Notes: generated from the sequence alone by a model not told the origin. Counted from the stretch's first letter, positions 44,965-55,048 are shown. The stretch is 64,000 nt of DNA from an uncultured Chloroflexia bacterium (GCA_963811225.1 CAWEQO010000004.1:300762-364761); one strand, 5' to 3'. Translations and numbers: made by a program.

Positions 44965-46812
44965 ATGGAACGTATTCGCGATTCGAAAAACCGGGATTCG
45001 GAGTCGCTGCGGAGGCAGGAAAGCGCCGCAGCAGCGCCAAATCCCGGTTTTTCGAACCTGCGGTTGATAAAACAGGCTAAAACGGCCAGGGCAGCTTTGG
45101 CAGCCACGCTGCTGCTGGGGCTGCTGGGCGGCATACTGATCATCTTACAGGCGCGCCAGTTGAGCCGCATTGTCTCCGGGGTTTTCCTGGGAGGGCTAGG
45201 GCTGCCCGAGTTGATGCCGGCTCTGTGGCTGCTGCTGGTGTTCATCCTGGGGCGGGCCGGGCTGGCGCTGCTGGCCGAGGTCTCGGCCGCGGCGGTGGCG
45301 GTGCGGGTCAAGAACGCGCTGCGCTCCCTGTTGAGCCGCAAGCTGTTCGCTTTGGGTCCAACCTACCTGCAGGAGGGTCACAGCGGCGAGCTGGCGGCGG
45401 TGGCGTTGGAGGGCGTGGAGGGGCTGGACGCTTACTTCAGCCAATACCTGCCGCAGCTGGCGCTGGCAGCGCTGGTGCCGCTGGCGATCCTGGTTGCAGT
45501 GTTCCCGCTGGACCTGCTCTCGGGTGTGGCGCTGCTGGTCACCGCTCCGCTCATCCCAGCCTTCATGATCCTGATCGGTAAAGGCGCCGAGGAGGTGACC
45601 AGGCGCCAGTGGAACCTGTTGGGCCGCATGAGCGCCTATTTGCTGGATACGCTGCAGGGGTTGGCGACGCTGAAAGCCTTCAACCGCAGCCGGGACGAGG
45701 CGAAGCGGGTGGCGGCGGTCAGCGAGCGCTACCGTGAGGTGACGCTGCAAGCGCTGCGGGTGACCTTCCTCTCGGCGCTGGCGCTGGAGCTGATTGCTAC
45801 CATTAGCACGGCGGTGGTGGCGGTCGAGATCGGGCTGCGGCTGTTGTACGGGCGGCTGGCCTTCGAGCAGGCGTTCTTCATCCTGCTGTTAGCGCCGGAG
45901 TTCTACACGCCGCTGCGCCTGCTGGGGACGCGCTTCCATGCGGGCATGTCCGGTGTGACGGCCGCGAAACGCATCTTTGAGGTGTTGGATGCGCCGGAGC
46001 GGAATAAGCCTGCGGTTCGGACCCCACCCATGCGAAGCCCCCTTAATTGCAGGGAAGCCTTTCACCTTTCTAGCGCTCGAATTGAATTTCGGGAAGTTTA
46101 CTTTACCTATCCCCACCGGGGCGAAGCGGCGCTGCAGGGGGTGTCGTTTGCGATCCAACCCGGGCAGCATGTGGCGCTGGTGGGAGCGAGCGGCTCGGGC
46201 AAGAGTACGATCGCCCGGCTGCTGCTGCGTTTCCTTGAGCCCGAGGGAGGCGAAATCCGGGTGGACGGCCGGTCTCTGCAGGCCATCCCATTGGATGCGT
46301 GGCGGGCTCAGGTGGCCTGGGTGCCGCAGCAGCCGTATCTGTTTAATACCACCCTGGCCGAGAACATCCGTCTGGGCAAACCGGGCGCGCCGCTGGAGGA
46401 ACTGCGCCGGGCGGCGGAACTGGCGGGCATCGACGACTGGATCGAATCGCTGCCGCAGGGCAGCGCGACCCAGGCGGGCGAGGGCGGCGGGCAGCTGAGC
46501 GGCGGGCAGGCCCAGCGGATCGCGTTGGCGCGCGCTTTCCTCAAGGATGCGCCGCTGCTGGTGATGGACGAGCCGACCTCCCACCTCGACCCGCGTCAGG
46601 AGGCGCGGCTGCGAGCAGCCCTCGCCAGGCTGCGCAAGGGCCGCACGGTGGTGACGATCGCCCACCACCTGTCGACGGTGGCGCAGGCCGACCGCATCCT
46701 GGTGCTGGATGGGGGTAGGGTGATCGAGAGCGGCAGTCACGCCGGGCTGCTGGCCCAGGGCGGGGCGTATGCCCGGCTGGTGGCGGCGTATGCAAACGGA
46801 GGCCCGGGATGA
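44965..46812 (+). CDS. cydD: Thiol reductant ABC exporter subunit CydD
   Basis: Six-TM ABC exporter domain followed by GASGSGKST (Walker A), LSGGQAQRIALARA (signature) and LLVMDEPTSHLD (Walker B). Paired with cydC through an ATGA overlap. The start is uncertain: the in-frame TTG at 45064, just after the hairpin, would give a protein of E. coli CydD-like length. Confidence 0.8.
   Translation: MERIRDSKNRDSESLRRQESAAAAPNPGFSNLRLIKQAKTARAALAATLLLGLLGGILIILQARQLSRIVSGVFLGGLGLPELMPALWLLLVFILGRAGLALLAEVSAAAVAVRVKNALRSLLSRKLFALGPTYLQEGHSGELAAVALEGVEGLDAYFSQYLPQLALAALVPLAILVAVFPLDLLSGVALLVTAPLIPAFMILIGKGAEEVTRRQWNLLGRMSAYLLDTLQGLATLKAFNRSRDEAKRVAAVSERYREVTLQALRVTFLSALALELIATISTAVVAVEIGLRLLYGRLAFEQAFFILLLAPEFYTPLRLLGTRFHAGMSGVTAAKRIFEVLDAPERNKPAVRTPPMRSPLNCREAFHLSSARIEFREVYFTYPHRGEAALQGVSFAIQPGQHVALVGASGSGKSTIARLLLRFLEPEGGEIRVDGRSLQAIPLDAWRAQVAWVPQQPYLFNTTLAENIRLGKPGAPLEELRRAAELAGIDDWIESLPQGSATQAGEGGGQLSGGQAQRIALARAFLKDAPLLVMDEPTSHLDPRQEARLRAALARLRKGRTVVTIAHHLSTVAQADRILVLDGGRVIESGSHAGLLAQGGAYARLVAAYANGGPG
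44982..45056. repeat. Compound hairpin (17-bp outer stem plus 7-bp inner stem)
   Basis: TTCGAAAAACCGGGATT (44982..44998) pairs with AATCCCGGTTTTTCGAA (45040..45056). Inner stem GCTGCGG/CCGCAGC. It lies inside the 5' extension of the longest cydD ORF. Confidence 0.6.
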
Positions 46813-48539
46813 ACACCGTCTTGCGTTTGCTGCGCTTATTGAAACCGTTCGCCGGCTGGGTGGCGCTTTCGGCGCTGCTCAGCCTGGCAACCGTGGCAGC
46901 CGGGGTGGGGCTGCTGGGCACCTCGGCCTACCTGATCGCTCGGGCCGCGCTGCATCCTTCCATTGGCGCGCTGCAGGTGGCAATCGTAGGTGTGCGCTTC
47001 TTCGGCATCAGCCGCAGCGTCTTCCGCTATTCGGAGCGTTTAGCCTCGCACTCGGCCAACTTCCGGCTGCTGGCGCGGCTGAGAGTGACCGCTTACCGGG
47101 CGCTGGAGCCTCTGGCCCCGGCCCGCCTGCAGGCGTTCCAATCCGGGGATTTGCTCTCACGGGCCACCGCCGACATCGACACCCTGGAGAACTTCTATGT
47201 GCGGGTGATCTCGCCGCCGTTGGTGGCGCTGCTGACGACGGTCGGTATGGGCCTGTTCGCCGGGAGCTACGCCGGTCCGCTTGGGCTTTTGGTGGCCTTG
47301 GGGCTGGCGCTGGGTGGGCTGCTGCCGCCGCTGGCAGCCCATTGGCTGGGCCGTGCGCCGGGGCGAGAGCTGGTGGAGCAGGATGCGCGCCTGCGGGCTG
47401 CCATGGTGGACAGCGTGCAGGGCATGGGCGATCTGATTTCGTATCGCCAGGAGGGGGCGCGGATCGAGGAGATCGAAGGGTTGGGGCGCTTGCGCGGGCG
47501 GGCGCAGATGCGGCTTGCCTGGGCCGGCGGCGCCGCGACTGCGCTGGGACTGCTGATCGCCAACGGCACAGTTTGGGCGCTGCTGCTGGCAGCCATCCCC
47601 TTGGTGCAGGATCGGGCGCTGAGCGGTGTCTCGCTGGCGGTGCTTGCGCTGGCAGCCGCGGCCTCCTTTGAAGCGGTCACGCCGTTGGGGCCGGCCGCCC
47701 AGCAGTTGGGACGCAGCCTGCAAGCGGCGCGGCGGTTGTTCGCCCTGGTGGACGCCGAGCCGGAGGTGGTCGCGCCGTCCCAGCCGCTGCCTGCACCGGC
47801 CTCAGCGGCATTGACAATTCGAAACCTGCGTTTCCAGTATGCACCCGACTTGCCGCCCGCTCTGGACAGCTTTGACCTGGATCTGCCATCTGGGAAAAAG
47901 GTTGCGCTGGTGGGACCGAGCGGGGCGGGCAAGAGCACCCTGGTCAACTTGCTGCTGCGCTTTTGGGATTACCACCAGGGGGAGATTTGCCTGGACGGGC
48001 GCGACCTGCGCTGCTTTGCGCCCGAGGACGTTCGCAGAAAGATCGGGCTGGTCTCACAGTCGACTTACCTGTTTAGCGGCAGCATCCGCCATAACCTGCT
48101 GATGGCCGAGCCGCAGGCGACCCCCAACGATCTGCAGCTGGCGCTGGAACGGGCCGGGCTGGAAGAATGGTTGGCAGCGCTGCCGGAGGGCTTCGACACC
48201 TGGGTGGGCGAGCGCGGCGCAAGCGTCAGCGGGGGGGAGCTTCAACGCCTGGCGGTGGCGCGCTTCTTGCTGCGGGATGCGCCGCTGCTGCTGCTGGATG
48301 AGCCGACTGCCCACCTGGATGCCTTGACCGAACAACGCCTGGTGCAGACCTTGCTGAAGGCAATGCAAGGGCGCAGCGCACTGTGGATCACGCACCGTTT
48401 GGTCGGCCTGGAGCAGATGGACGAAATCCTGGTGCTGGACGAGGGCCGGGTGGTGGAGCGCGGCACGCAGGCGGAGTTGATGGAGAAGAAGGGGTTATTT
48501 GCCGATTTGTGGGGTTTGCAGAAGCGGATGTTGGCGTAA
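46809..48539 (+). CDS. cydC: Thiol reductant ABC exporter subunit CydC
   Basis: N-terminal TMD with VRFFGISRSVFRYSERL, which is typical of CydC. GPSGAGKST, VSGGELQRLAVARF, LLLLDEPTAHLD. Confidence 0.85.
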   Translation: MNTVLRLLRLLKPFAGWVALSALLSLATVAAGVGLLGTSAYLIARAALHPSIGALQVAIVGVRFFGISRSVFRYSERLASHSANFRLLARLRVTAYRALEPLAPARLQAFQSGDLLSRATADIDTLENFYVRVISPPLVALLTTVGMGLFAGSYAGPLGLLVALGLALGGLLPPLAAHWLGRAPGRELVEQDARLRAAMVDSVQGMGDLISYRQEGARIEEIEGLGRLRGRAQMRLAWAGGAATALGLLIANGTVWALLLAAIPLVQDRALSGVSLAVLALAAAASFEAVTPLGPAAQQLGRSLQAARRLFALVDAEPEVVAPSQPLPAPASAALTIRNLRFQYAPDLPPALDSFDLDLPSGKKVALVGPSGAGKSTLVNLLLRFWDYHQGEICLDGRDLRCFAPEDVRRKIGLVSQSTYLFSGSIRHNLLMAEPQATPNDLQLALERAGLEEWLAALPEGFDTWVGERGASVSGGELQRLAVARFLLRDAPLLLLDEPTAHLDALTEQRLVQTLLKAMQGRSALWITHRLVGLEQMDEILVLDEGRVVERGTQAELMEKKGLFADLWGLQKRMLA

Positions 48540-48663
48540 GGGCACTCAGGGATTGGGCAATTTGGATCAGGTAATTCGGGACGAGTGGGTCCCCAGGGGA
48601 ACTTAATCCTCCTTTGGAGCGTTTAATGCTCAGAGCCTGACAGGACCGCATTGGGAGGAGAAC

Positions 48664-51066
48664 ATGCACAAAAAAATATGGAGTTCCATTTTATTGGGGA
48701 TGATCTTGCTGATGGTTGGTTTCCAGCCGGCGCTTGCAGACGGCATCATCATCCCGCCAGAACCACCGGTCCCTTGCCGGGACTGCCCGCCTCCGCACTT
48801 CCCCCGCCCGATCTCACAACTCGAAATCAAATATCACCACGTCGATGTCAAGATCGTCGATCAGATTGCCATCACCCACGTCGATCAGGTGTTTTACAAC
48901 CCCAACGACTACCCGGTGGAGGGCACCTACATCTTCCCGCTGCCGCAGGACGCGGCCGTGAGCGATTTCACCCTGTGGGTGGATGGCAAGCCGGTCAAAG
49001 GTGAGGTGTTGGATGCCCAGCAAGCCCGCCAGAAGTATGAAGAGATCGTGCGCAGTCTGAAAGACCCGGCCCTGTTGGAGTATATCGGCCAGGGTGCGGT
49101 ACAGGCCAACGTTTTTCCAATCCCACCCAAGGGCGAGCGGCGCATCGAGCTGCAGTATCAGCAGGCGCTGACCGCCGACAACGGCCTGGTGCGCTACGTC
49201 TACCCGCTCAACACCGAGAAGTTCTCAGCCAAGCCCTTGCAGAGTGTGCGCGTGACCGTTGATATCGCCGCCGGGCAGTCGATCCGGGCGGTGTATTCGC
49301 CTAGCCACACCGTCACGGTCGAGCAGCCGGACGAGCGCCATGCCACCATCAGCTACGAGGACAGCAGCATCACGCCGGACGCAGACTTCACCCTGTACTA
49401 CTCGTTGGGTGAGAGTGAGGCCTTCCACCTGTTCAGCTACCGCGATCCGGCCGATCCGGTCGATGCGGATGGATTCTTCATGCTGCTGCTGGCGCCTAAA
49501 CCCGGCCAGCCCAGCCAGACTGTCAGCAAGGACGTGCTGCTGGTATTGGACCGGTCGGGCAGCATGGAGGGCGAGAAGTTCCAGCAAGCTCAGGCAGCGT
49601 TGAAGTATATCTTACGGCACCTCAACCCAGAGGACCGTTTTTACCTGACCACCTTTAGCTCCAACACCGCAGCCTACGCCAATCGCTTGCGCCCGGCCAG
49701 CGAGGCGGACGAAGCCATCGCCTGGGTGAACCACAGCGCCGCAGCCGGAAGCACCGACATCAACCGGGCGCTGCTGGAAACCGCAGCCGTGGTGGACAAG
49801 GAGCGCCCTACCTACCTGATCTTTCTGACCGACGGCCTGCCCACCGAGGGCATCATCGACAGCCAGGAGATCCTGGACAACTTCCAGCGTGCGGCCTCTA
49901 CCAACTTGCGCCTATTCGCCTTCGGCGTGGGCTACGACGTGGACACTTTCCTGCTCAACTCGCTCACGCGCGCCCACCACGGGCTGAGCGCCTACGTTCA
50001 ACCCGGTGAGAATCTGGACGAAACTGTGTCGAGCTTTTACGCTCGCATCAGCACCCCGGTGCTGACCAACCTTTCGCTCGACTTTGGCAAACTGTCCACC
50101 TACGATATCTATCCCAGCCCGCTGCCCGACCTGTTCGACGGCTCGCAAGTGATCGTGGTGGGACGCTACCGCGACGGTGGGACCGCGAACGTCACCCTGA
50201 CGGGACAGGTCAACGAGATGCTGCAGACCTTCCCCTTCAACGAGCAGACCTTCACCACAGACAGCCGGGATGAGACCGGCGCACTGGCCGGGCTGCCGCG
50301 CCTGTGGGCCACGCGGAAAATCGGCTACCTGCTGGAGCAGGTGCGCCTGGACGGGCCCAACCAGGAGACCGTCGACCAGATCGTCAAGCTAAGCATCCGT
50401 TACGGCATTGTCACGCCCTACACCTCTTACCTGGTCACAGAGGATATGCCATTGGGGGCGGCCAACCAGCGCCAGTTGGCGCAGGACACGTTCCAGGAAC
50501 TGCAAGCAGCCCCGAATGAAGTGACCGGTCGCGGCGCGGTGCAAAAAGCCGCCGGAGAGGGCGCGCTGTCGCAAGCGGAAGTAGCCCCGCCGGTGATCGC
50601 TGCCATCCCCAACGAGGGCGAGCAGGAGGTAGTGGCTCAGACCGTGCGCATGGCGGCCTCGCGCACCTTTGTACTCAGCAACGGAGTGTGGATGGATACC
50701 GCCTATGACCCCGACACGATGAAGACCATCAAGGTGGCTTTCCTTTCGCCCGAGTACTTCCAACTTGCGCAGTCGCGCGCCGACGTTGGCGCGGCCCTTG
50801 CACAGGCCGAGCGGGTGATCGTGGTGGTGGACGGTAAAGCCTATGAGGTGGTTGGCGAGGGCGAGCAGACCGGAGCGGTCGAGATGCCGTCCACTGCGGT
50901 GCCCCAACCCAAAGCCAGCGCAGCTCCCACTCAGGCGCCCGCAGCCACTCAGGCCCCGGTCAACCTGCCGGTCAAGCCGGTGGAGCCGGTGACGCCGAAC
51001 GCCTGCCTGGGAATCCTGCTGCCGCTGGCGGCGGTGGTGTCCGTCAAAGTATTCCTGCGGAAGTAA
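48664..51066 (+). CDS. Secreted VIT-domain plus von Willebrand factor A-domain protein with a C-terminal anchor
   Basis: Signal peptide MHKKIWSSILLGMILLMVGFQPALA. VIT-like region VDVKIVDQIAITHVDQVFYNP..EGTYIFPLP. vWA MIDAS motif LLVLDRSGSMEG. C-terminal hydrophobic helix LGILLPLAAVVSVKVFLRK. Confidence 0.85.
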   Translation: MHKKIWSSILLGMILLMVGFQPALADGIIIPPEPPVPCRDCPPPHFPRPISQLEIKYHHVDVKIVDQIAITHVDQVFYNPNDYPVEGTYIFPLPQDAAVSDFTLWVDGKPVKGEVLDAQQARQKYEEIVRSLKDPALLEYIGQGAVQANVFPIPPKGERRIELQYQQALTADNGLVRYVYPLNTEKFSAKPLQSVRVTVDIAAGQSIRAVYSPSHTVTVEQPDERHATISYEDSSITPDADFTLYYSLGESEAFHLFSYRDPADPVDADGFFMLLLAPKPGQPSQTVSKDVLLVLDRSGSMEGEKFQQAQAALKYILRHLNPEDRFYLTTFSSNTAAYANRLRPASEADEAIAWVNHSAAAGSTDINRALLETAAVVDKERPTYLIFLTDGLPTEGIIDSQEILDNFQRAASTNLRLFAFGVGYDVDTFLLNSLTRAHHGLSAYVQPGENLDETVSSFYARISTPVLTNLSLDFGKLSTYDIYPSPLPDLFDGSQVIVVGRYRDGGTANVTLTGQVNEMLQTFPFNEQTFTTDSRDETGALAGLPRLWATRKIGYLLEQVRLDGPNQETVDQIVKLSIRYGIVTPYTSYLVTEDMPLGAANQRQLAQDTFQELQAAPNEVTGRGAVQKAAGEGALSQAEVAPPVIAAIPNEGEQEVVAQTVRMAASRTFVLSNGVWMDTAYDPDTMKTIKVAFLSPEYFQLAQSRADVGAALAQAERVIVVVDGKAYEVVGEGEQTGAVEMPSTAVPQPKASAAPTQAPAATQAPVNLPVKPVEPVTPNACLGILLPLAAVVSVKVFLRK

Positions 51067-51072
51067 TCATCG

Positions 51073-51127
51073 AGAACACAGAACATAGAGCAATCCATTG
51101 GTGATGCCAGGGACTGCTCTGTGTTCT
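51073..51127 (+). terminator. Imperfect terminator hairpin after the VIT-vWA gene
   Basis: AGAACACAGA (51073..51082) pairs with TCTGTGTTCT (51118..51127), with an inner GCAATCC/GGACTGC segment. Confidence 0.5.
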
Positions 51128-51221
51128 ATATTCATTTGAATTAATCCTCGCAGATTTTCGCGCAAATGCTATAATTCGGTCTGCAATGATCAACCTCATA
51201 CTTGTCTGGAGCAAATAAAGG

Positions 51222-52286
51222 ATGAAGAAGAAATATCGTGTAGCCTTGCTGGCAAACTTGAAGAAAAATGCTCCTCACTGGGACGGGATGCCTCCTGATC
51301 AGTGGGACGACCTGGACTCCGAGCGAACTATGATTGCTTTGGTGAATGCGATCCGCGCCGGGGGCCATGAGTGCGAGTTTTTGGAAGGGGACTCCACCTT
51401 GTTAGACTCGATCCGGTCGTATCAACCGGATATTTGTTTTAATATCTGCGAGAGTCACTTTGGCGACGCTCGTGAGGCCCAGGTGCCGGCCCTGCTGGAG
51501 ATGCTGCGCATCCCCTATACCGGTTCGAAGGTGATGCCCCTGGCCCTGGCGCTGGACAAGCCGATGACCAAGCGCATCCTGGCCTGGCACGACCTGCCCA
51601 CCCCAGATTTCCAGACCTTCGAGCGCGTCGACGAACCCCTACACGACGACCTGACCTTCCCGCTGTTTGTCAAGCCGGCGCGCGAGGGTACCGGCATGGG
51701 CGTCAGCGCCAAGTCGGTGGTGCACAATGAGGATGAGCTGCGCGAGCAGGTGGATTTCATCATCGAGAAATACCACCAGACCGCCCTGGTCGAGGAGTTC
51801 ATCGACGGGCGTGAGGTGACGGTGGGCTTCGTTGGCAACTTGATCGGCCCGGTGGCGCGCCGCCTGCCGCACAACCTGAAGGCGCCGCGCATCCAGGCAG
51901 GCCTGCACTTCTTCCCGCCGATGGAGGTGGACTTGCAGCCCTATCTGGAGACCGACGCCGTCTACAGCAACCGTTTGAAGGTGGCCCTGGCGGATCAACT
52001 GAACTACCTGTGCCCTGCGCCCATCGATGACGATATGGTGGACGAGCTGAACTGGCTGGCGGCGGCGGTGTTCCGTGTGGTCGGTGGGAACGACGTCTCG
52101 CGCATCGATTTCCGGCTGGACGTCAACGATAATTGGAAGCCGTACATCCTCGAAATCAACCCGCTGCCCGGGCTGTCCCCTGGCATTTCGGATATCGTCA
52201 TCGAGGCGGCCGCGGACGGGATCGATCACACGGAATTGGTGAACATGATCCTGGATACGGCGCTGAAGCGTTACGGGATGCTGTAG
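51222..52286 (+). CDS. D-alanine--D-alanine ligase family ATP-grasp protein
   Basis: Ddl-like N-terminal domain (ESHFGDAREAQVPALLEMLRIPYTGS..) and ATP-grasp core (DKPMTKRIL.., PLFVKPAREGTGMGV, EEFIDGREVTV, EINPLPGL). Confidence 0.8.
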   Translation: MKKKYRVALLANLKKNAPHWDGMPPDQWDDLDSERTMIALVNAIRAGGHECEFLEGDSTLLDSIRSYQPDICFNICESHFGDAREAQVPALLEMLRIPYTGSKVMPLALALDKPMTKRILAWHDLPTPDFQTFERVDEPLHDDLTFPLFVKPAREGTGMGVSAKSVVHNEDELREQVDFIIEKYHQTALVEEFIDGREVTVGFVGNLIGPVARRLPHNLKAPRIQAGLHFFPPMEVDLQPYLETDAVYSNRLKVALADQLNYLCPAPIDDDMVDELNWLAAAVFRVVGGNDVSRIDFRLDVNDNWKPYILEINPLPGLSPGISDIVIEAAADGIDHTELVNMILDTALKRYGML

Positions 52287-52303
52287 GGGAGAGGATAGAG
52301 AAC

Positions 52304-52351
52304 AGAAAATAGAGAACGCCAGGGCATCAGCTCTGACGCTCTCTATTTTCT
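52304..52351. terminator. Bidirectional terminator-like hairpin (22-nt arms, 3 mismatches)
   Basis: AGAAAATAGAGAACGCCAGGGC (52304..52325) pairs with GCTCTGACGCTCTCTATTTTCT (52330..52351). It lies between convergent genes, and the 3' arm overlaps the tsaC stop region. Confidence 0.6.
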
Positions 52352-52963
52352 TAAGGCGTTGTTTATTTCTTCTTGTGAGATCGCTCCCTGACGTAAGATT
52401 TTAGGATCGGGAGCGGTGCAGTCGACCACAGTGGAGGGCACGCCGCCCGGGCAGGCGCCGCCGTCGATGAGGATCTCGATGCGGCCGCCCAGTTGGGTCA
52501 GCACCTCCACAGCGGTGGTGGGGCTGGGCCGGCCCGACAGGTTGGCCGAGGTGGTTGCCAGGGGACCGCTCTGGCGCAGCAGCTCGCGTGTGAAGGGGAG
52601 GTCCGGCATGCGTACGCCCACGGTGGGTAGGGGTGAGAGATTATCGGGCAGCGAGGGGTGGCGCGGCACCACCAGGGTCAGCGCGCCCGGCCAGAAATGA
52701 GCGGCCAGCCTGCGGGCGCATTCGGTCAGCTCCAGGGCTACCTCCTCCAGCTGCCCGGTCTCACCGACCAGCACTGGAATGGCCTTGTCCATCTGGCGGC
52801 CTTTGGCCTCGAATAAGCGGTCGATGGCGGCGGAGTCGTGCAGCCGGGCAGCCACGCCGTAGACTGTGTCTGTGGGGAAGGCGACCAACCCGCCGTTGTG
52901 CAGCGCTTCAATGGCGCGCCAGATGGCCTCAGGGTTATTGGCTGAAAATAACTGTGTTTGCAT
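52343..52963 (-). CDS. tsaC: L-threonylcarbamoyladenylate synthase (YrdC/TsaC-type)
   Basis: GGLVAFPTDTVYGVAA, KGRQMDKAIPVLV and SANLSGRPSPT are YrdC/Sua5-domain motifs. Single-domain length (206 aa). Confidence 0.85.
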   Translation of the reverse strand: MQTQLFSANNPEAIWRAIEALHNGGLVAFPTDTVYGVAARLHDSAAIDRLFEAKGRQMDKAIPVLVGETGQLEEVALELTECARRLAAHFWPGALTLVVPRHPSLPDNLSPLPTVGVRMPDLPFTRELLRQSGPLATTSANLSGRPSPTTAVEVLTQLGGRIEILIDGGACPGGVPSTVVDCTAPDPKILRQGAISQEEINNALRK

Positions 52964-53055
52964 GTCCCTCCTGATGATGAAACGTAAATGCTAAAGAAAG
53001 CGGGCTTCTTTTCCTTATTCCTGCGTGTCCTTGCGCCTTTGCGTTTCAACAATTT

Positions 53056-53943
53056 TCATGGTATTTGAACCGTCAACAACCGTGGCAGGCCGGAGAGATC
53101 CTGTTTGACGTGGATCTCAGCGGCTGGGCCTAAGATTTTCCGGGCTAACTCTGGGGCGGATTTCCCCTGGCCCGCTTCGATCTCGAACAGGGCCAGGCCA
53201 CCGGGAACCAGCTTGTCAGGCAGGCTGGCGAGCAGTTCGCCAATCAGCGCGAGGCCGTCTGGACCGCCGTCGAGCGCCGAGAGCGGCTCATAGCGGGCCA
53301 CATCCAGATGGGTGACTTTCGCGGTTGGAATGTAGGGCAGGTTGGCGCAGACCAGGTCGAACGGCCCGGGGACGCTTTCCAGCAGGTAGGTCTGCACCAG
53401 TCGGATCTGGTCGTGCACACTGTGGCGCGCAGTGTTGTCATGCGCCACTTGCAGGGCGGCGTCCGAGGCATCCGTGGCGACCAGGCGCAGGTCGGGCACC
53501 TGGCTGGCCAGCGTCACGGCGATGATGCCAGAGCCCGTGCCGACGTCGGCGGCTCTACGGCAGTCCGGGTTGGCCCGCAGCCAGTGGAGGGCGTGTTCCA
53601 CCAGCAGCTCGGTCTCGGGCCGCGGGATCAGCACCTCCGGAGTGACGGTGAACTTGAGGCCGAAAAACTCGGCTTGCCCGAGGATGTATGCCAGGGGTTC
53701 GCGACGCAAAAGACGCTCGAGCATGGCATCGAGCGTCTTAATCGTTTCTACAGGAAGGTTCGCGTCCGGATGGGACACCACCCAGGCACGCGAACGGTGC
53801 AAGGCAGCAGTTGCCAGCACCTGCGCTTCCAGGGCGGGCTGCTCGCTTACCGGCTCCAGCAGCCCATAAGCCCGCTTCAGCCAGCCGTCAAGTTCAATCG
53901 TCGGACTCATCCATCCCGGCCATTGCCAGTCGATCCGTCTCAT
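53056..53943 (-). CDS. prmC: Peptide chain release factor N(5)-glutamine methyltransferase
   Basis: AADVGTGSGIIAV (SAM motif I), DLVCANLPYIP (NPPY-type motif), and a position directly downstream of prfA. The start is uncertain; it overlaps prfA by 17 or 50 nt. Confidence 0.85.
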   Translation of the reverse strand: MRRIDWQWPGWMSPTIELDGWLKRAYGLLEPVSEQPALEAQVLATAALHRSRAWVVSHPDANLPVETIKTLDAMLERLLRREPLAYILGQAEFFGLKFTVTPEVLIPRPETELLVEHALHWLRANPDCRRAADVGTGSGIIAVTLASQVPDLRLVATDASDAALQVAHDNTARHSVHDQIRLVQTYLLESVPGPFDLVCANLPYIPTAKVTHLDVARYEPLSALDGGPDGLALIGELLASLPDKLVPGGLALFEIEAGQGKSAPELARKILGPAAEIHVKQDLSGLPRLLTVQIP

Positions 53944-54970
53944 CCCGCAGGGTCAGTTCGTCGATGAACTCATCCAGCGCGCCGTTCATCACACCTGGCA
54001 AGTTGTAAGAGGAGATGTTGATGCGGTGATCGGTGACGCGCGACTGGGGGTAGTTGTAGGTGCGGATCTTCTCGGATCGCTCTCCCGTGCCCACTTGCGA
54101 GCGGCGGGTGGCGTCCAGCGTATCCTGGCGCTTCTGCTCTTCCATTTCATACAATCGAGCGCGCAAGATGCTCATGGCGCGCAGGCGGTTCTGCAGCTGC
54201 GAGCGCTCGTCCTGGCAGGCAACCACCAGCCCGGTGGGGATGTGGGTAATGCGTACGGCGGTGGCGTTCTTCTGCACGTTCTGCCCGCCCGCGCCTGCCG
54301 AGCGGTACACATCCGTGCGGATGTCATTGTCGGGGATTGTCACGTCGACGTCTTCGACCTCGGCCAGCACGGCCACGGTCACAGTGGAGGTGTGGATGCG
54401 CCCCGAGGCTTCGGTGGCGGGCACGCGCTGCACGCGATGCACGCCCGATTCCCATTTCAGTCGTGAATAAGCGCCGCGACCCTTGACCAGGAAGATCACC
54501 TCTTTGTAGCCGCCGATGCCGGTTGGATTCTCGGAGAGGATCTCCACCGTCCAGCCGCGGCTTTCAGCGTAGTAGTTATACATGCGGAAAAGGTCGGCGG
54601 CAAACAAACCGGCTTCATCGCCGCCGGTGCCGGCACGGACCTCGACGATCACGTTACGCTTGTCGCGCGGATCCTTAGGAACCAGCATACTCTTCAGTTC
54701 GTTCTCCAGAGCATCCGCCTTGGGAAGCAGTTCGTCCAGGTCCATGCGAGCCAGCTCACGCAGTTCGTCGTCCTCGGCGTTCTCCAACTCGCGAGCCTGA
54801 TCGATCCGGTTAAGGATATCGCGGTACTGGCGGCCCTTAGTGACCACCGCTTCCAGGTCGGAGCGCTCCTTGGAGAGCTCTGCCGCTTTTTGATAGTCGT
54901 CAATGGTTTCTTCGAGCTGTCTTCCCAGCTCCTGATACCGTTCTTCAATGGAAGTAATATTTTCGAGCAT
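53894..54970 (-). CDS. prfA: Peptide chain release factor 1
   Basis: PATEASGRIHTS (PxT tripeptide region) and RSAGAGGQNVQKNATAVRITHIPTG (GGQ motif). Confidence 0.95.
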   Translation of the reverse strand: MLENITSIEERYQELGRQLEETIDDYQKAAELSKERSDLEAVVTKGRQYRDILNRIDQARELENAEDDELRELARMDLDELLPKADALENELKSMLVPKDPRDKRNVIVEVRAGTGGDEAGLFAADLFRMYNYYAESRGWTVEILSENPTGIGGYKEVIFLVKGRGAYSRLKWESGVHRVQRVPATEASGRIHTSTVTVAVLAEVEDVDVTIPDNDIRTDVYRSAGAGGQNVQKNATAVRITHIPTGLVVACQDERSQLQNRLRAMSILRARLYEMEEQKRQDTLDATRRSQVGTGERSEKIRTYNYPQSRVTDHRINISSYNLPGVMNGALDEFIDELTLRDETDRLAMAGMDESDD

Positions 54971-55030
54971 TCCGGCAAATCATCCTTCAGGCCGGCCTGA
55001 GAAGTTGAGGGTTGTGCTGTAGCGAAATGA

Positions 55031-55048
55031 TTGTGAACTACAACACAA
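55031..55048. promoter_or_regulatory. Rex-like operator candidate upstream of cydAB
   Basis: TTGTGAACTACAACACAA against the Rex consensus TTGTGAAnnnnTTCACAA matches 12 of 14 half-site positions. It lies in the prfA/cydA divergent region, overlapping the 3' arm of an 18-bp inverted repeat (55005..55022 / 55038..55055). Confidence 0.3.

Noticed and set aside
48664-52286. VIT-vWA protein plus ATP-grasp gene considered as a vWA-centred conflict system
   Set aside because: The vWA protein has a signal peptide and a C-terminal anchor, so it is a surface protein. No MoxR-type ATPase or protease partner is adjacent, and the ATP-grasp gene looks like an ordinary Ddl-family enzyme with its own upstream region.
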